This document shows, in pieces, positions 61,074 through 64,000 of a DNA stretch of 64,000 bases; the stretch's first letter is position 1, and every line of letters begins with the position of its first letter. Below the pieces are notes generated by a model. It did no database searches. It was not told the DNA's origin and worked only from the letters and a program-made list of their open reading frames with translations. Location: NCBI GenBank assembly GCA_965637545.1, contig OZ281497.1:9114001-9178000 (forward strand). Direction: 5' to 3'. A program made the position numbers and the translations under genes. This DNA is from Phallusia mammillata (Eukaryota).

Positions 61074-61468
61074 TTAGGTATTGTTAAACAAACGGTATTG
61101 ATTCGGGCCTGACTTTAAATTCTGTGTCCGTTTTTTTCAGGTAAAATTACCCAACTAAGTAGCCAGTTGCTGGACGCCCAACTAATAAAACGCCACGATT
61201 TCGGGCCGGTTTCGGGCTAGAATTTTGGGCCCGCCTATAACTATGTAGCAGGATAGAAAGTCAGAGCCAAAATTATGTCCATTCGATTCCAAGCCAAACC
61301 CTGGCCCTCTAAAAAAGCAATTTCGGTTCCGCAGCACTTAACTTAAAGCGTTAAAATGCATACTGTCTTTGGTTTTCATGTTTACATGACACATGTTAAA
61401 GACAATCAACTTTTCCGTTTCAGAATAGAAAAAAATCATTCCTTCCTATTATCAACTTTGTCAGTGGA

Positions 61469-62119
61469 ATGTTTTCTGCCATGAAAAAATCGAAATCTGA
61501 AGAAAGAACGGAAAAGAACTATTACAATGGCCTTGGATGTTTTGAATCTATACCACCGCATACGGAACAATATGAACCAAGAACCAATTTAAATGTTAAA
61601 CCAATAACGGTGTTGCGTTGTTCAGCAGCAGAAATGAAGAAATTAAATTCATGTGATCTAGGAGGCAGATTTGGCAAAACTGTGCCTGCTACATACAGAG
61701 CCAACGACTTCAAATCGAAAGAAAAAGACACCGAAGCAACCATACTGATGGTGACCACTGGAGGCGCACGAAACATGCATGTAAACCATTTTACGACATA
61801 TGGGTCTCATGATGATGTTGCCGCTGTTTCGACAGGGCACGGGAGATCAAGGCTCGTAAGTTACCCTTCACCTGTGGTAAAAAGGCATCCTCACCTAAAG
61901 AATAACAATATTCGTCAAATTCATTTATCGGAAAATGACCCATCTTCCAACGATGTCCCAAGAAAAGATGGGACAGAAAGATCGAGCAGCGTAGAGGCTG
62001 TATACACGTCGATTGTAAAGTTTTTTCGTTTGTTTAGTGTTTGTTTTGAATTCAGCACTGAAGAACATGGTAGAAGAGACAGTACAAGCAATTTTGAATT
62101 TTTTCCGACTTTACACTAA
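61469..62119 (+). CDS. Uncharacterised 216-aa protein (single coding exon or terminal exon)
   Basis: 651-nt open frame in AT-rich DNA. A pyrimidine-rich 3' splice/trans-splice acceptor (TTATCAACTTTGTCAG, ending 61464) lies 4 nt before the ATG. Followed by an AT-rich tail with AATAAA at 62266-62271. No domain recognised. Confidence 0.55.
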   Translation: MFSAMKKSKSEERTEKNYYNGLGCFESIPPHTEQYEPRTNLNVKPITVLRCSAAEMKKLNSCDLGGRFGKTVPATYRANDFKSKEKDTEATILMVTTGGARNMHVNHFTTYGSHDDVAAVSTGHGRSRLVSYPSPVVKRHPHLKNNNIRQIHLSENDPSSNDVPRKDGTERSSSVEAVYTSIVKFFRLFSVCFEFSTEEHGRRDSTSNFEFFPTLH

Positions 62120-64000
62120 AAATAATTCGTGACGCAAACGCAGCCAAAAAATGTTACTGGACTGATTGTTTTTTTGTAAACAGTATTTTTAATTGTTGTA
62201 GCAATGATTGTATTGCAGTGTATGTTACTTGATACGTTTTGGTACGCATGTACTGAAATTTTATGAATAAACTTAAAAACAACAGTATTCTAGTTTTTTA
62301 AAACACACCTGGTTAAACAGTAATCTGTATAGCCGAAAAGCATTGCCTATTTTGTAGTTCACACAAATAAAAGCCTACGGCGACGGCATATAGGTCTAAT
62401 CTAAGACTTACTGTGAGTAACTACGTTTTAAAACAGTTTAAATGCCGCTTAGTCGGCTTATTTCATGGGGGTATTTCAATGACACTAACAAATAGATTTT
62501 TAAATGCGCTTGGAATAGGTTATGTAGTTCAGCCCACGTCCTACATACAACGCCCAGGAGACTTAGCGTGTAATTACATTGGTCGCCCGGCTTGAGCTCT
62601 GCAATCATACCTCAATACACATGCGTTGGCATATAACGATACACGTTGGACATAAATATTAATGACAGAGTGTATTATCTTGAGCTGGGCATACAGGTAA
62701 ACCAGTTAACAATTTTCTTTTGTTTGACGTTTGCAAAGCAACTTCTGCTAAAAAAGGTAAAAAGAGGCCTTGCAGTAAATTAGCCTAACGAAAAAATAAT
62801 AAACTTGTTAATTTGACAAGCACATGAGGCACCATTACATTTTGCAGTAAAAAAATAGTTTTACAGTGAAAAGTGAAAAGCTACTGAAGTTTATAAATTG
62901 ATTATTGCCTGTTTGTTACGTCACACGGCGTTTCAATTCAACCCTTTAAGTTGTTGATGTTCGAAATCGGTTGTTTGTTTTTAAAAATCCATACGGCTGA
63001 GGCTTAAGAGGCTGGCGCCAACATGGCTTGCACATGGACATTAATAGACGTTGACTCTCACGCAATCAATAGAATTGACATGGACTTCTTATCGGGTGAA
63101 AAGGTTGAGCGTCGTTTGCATAATTACTACTGATTGTGACCACTGACCAGGATTATGCTGTCCAGTCTGAAGAAAGCGCATGGCATGCAGTTGTAGGTTT
63201 AACAGGCAAAGAGCACATCAGAAGAAGAGACAACAATGAATATGCAAGTGGGCTGAGTTTTTTAAAAAAAAACGGGTTATCAATGGTTTATAGTTGCGTT
63301 TTAGGATTAGAACAAATTAGCACAAGCAAGACTGCGGCTTATGAATGCGAAGATGTAATGTTATGACATGAGTTACTAAAATGGTCTTAATTAAGCAGCA
63401 TGTACAATGTGCCACAGATTATAGTGTCAGAAAGTTGGAAGCTACAACTAAGTCCACGTTAAAGACAAATTCAAGTGCTCCTAATGCTGCTTACAATTTC
63501 GTTTACCGCTGACATTATTGATTATAGGTGTAAACACATGACGCTGACAAACGGTATACGCCATGTTGTAGTATAGAACTATGTGTTAAAAGTTTTAGTC
63601 GATTAATTTGTTCCACTAAGAGTAATGATCTCAAGTGTTCAGCCAAAGAGGGACAAAAGTGTTTCAAACAGACGAGAAGATACACTTAAAGAGGTAATGT
63701 TCAATACTTAATGTTTCGTATCAACTGATGTTCACTAATTACCATGTCATATGACTGCATTTTTGCATTTTCAAACATGCGCACAGCCATAATCAGCACT
63801 TTTATTTGGTATTATGTCACATAACGAACATGTTTCTCACCTATTTTAAAAAAATGGTTGCTCGAATTTCACGACAATAACGACAGTTTTCAAATACGAG
63901 CGGGGGGTTTAAAGATTTTTAATTTTATGTTTTGTGTTAAGTTAGCGAAACATTAGGCAACAAGGGCATGAGGTAAAGAATATCATTGCAAATTTCCCGT

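Overview
Eukaryotic genomic DNA, AT-rich overall, with GT-AG introns (many only 60-250 nt) and many MITEs. It is most likely an ascidian (tunicate); this is an inference from intron sizes, a CYP1F-like P450 and a mosaic CpG pattern. Three spliced genes can be reconstructed by hand, all on the minus strand. (1) A secreted ~960-970-aa protein: signal peptide + VIT-like domain + six CUB domains (749-4790). (2) A single CYP1-family (CYP1B/C/F-like) cytochrome P450 of ~594 aa over six exons (8645-38588), with a 21.9-kb intron full of CpG-rich islands and a 90-aa C-terminal tail. (3) A complete 22-exon O-GlcNAc transferase, OGT (49772-58905). A 216-aa orphan ORF lies on the plus strand (61469-62119). 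The best lead is in OGT: the intron at the exact position of the O-GlcNAc-regulated detained intron 4 of human OGT is about ten times the typical intron length in this gene. It also retains CpG-rich patches and holds a candidate stop-containing poison/decoy exon, which hints that splicing-based O-GlcNAc homeostasis may predate vertebrates. The VIT + 6xCUB architecture is the second main lead. All exon calls and counts were made by eye, and no database searches were run.
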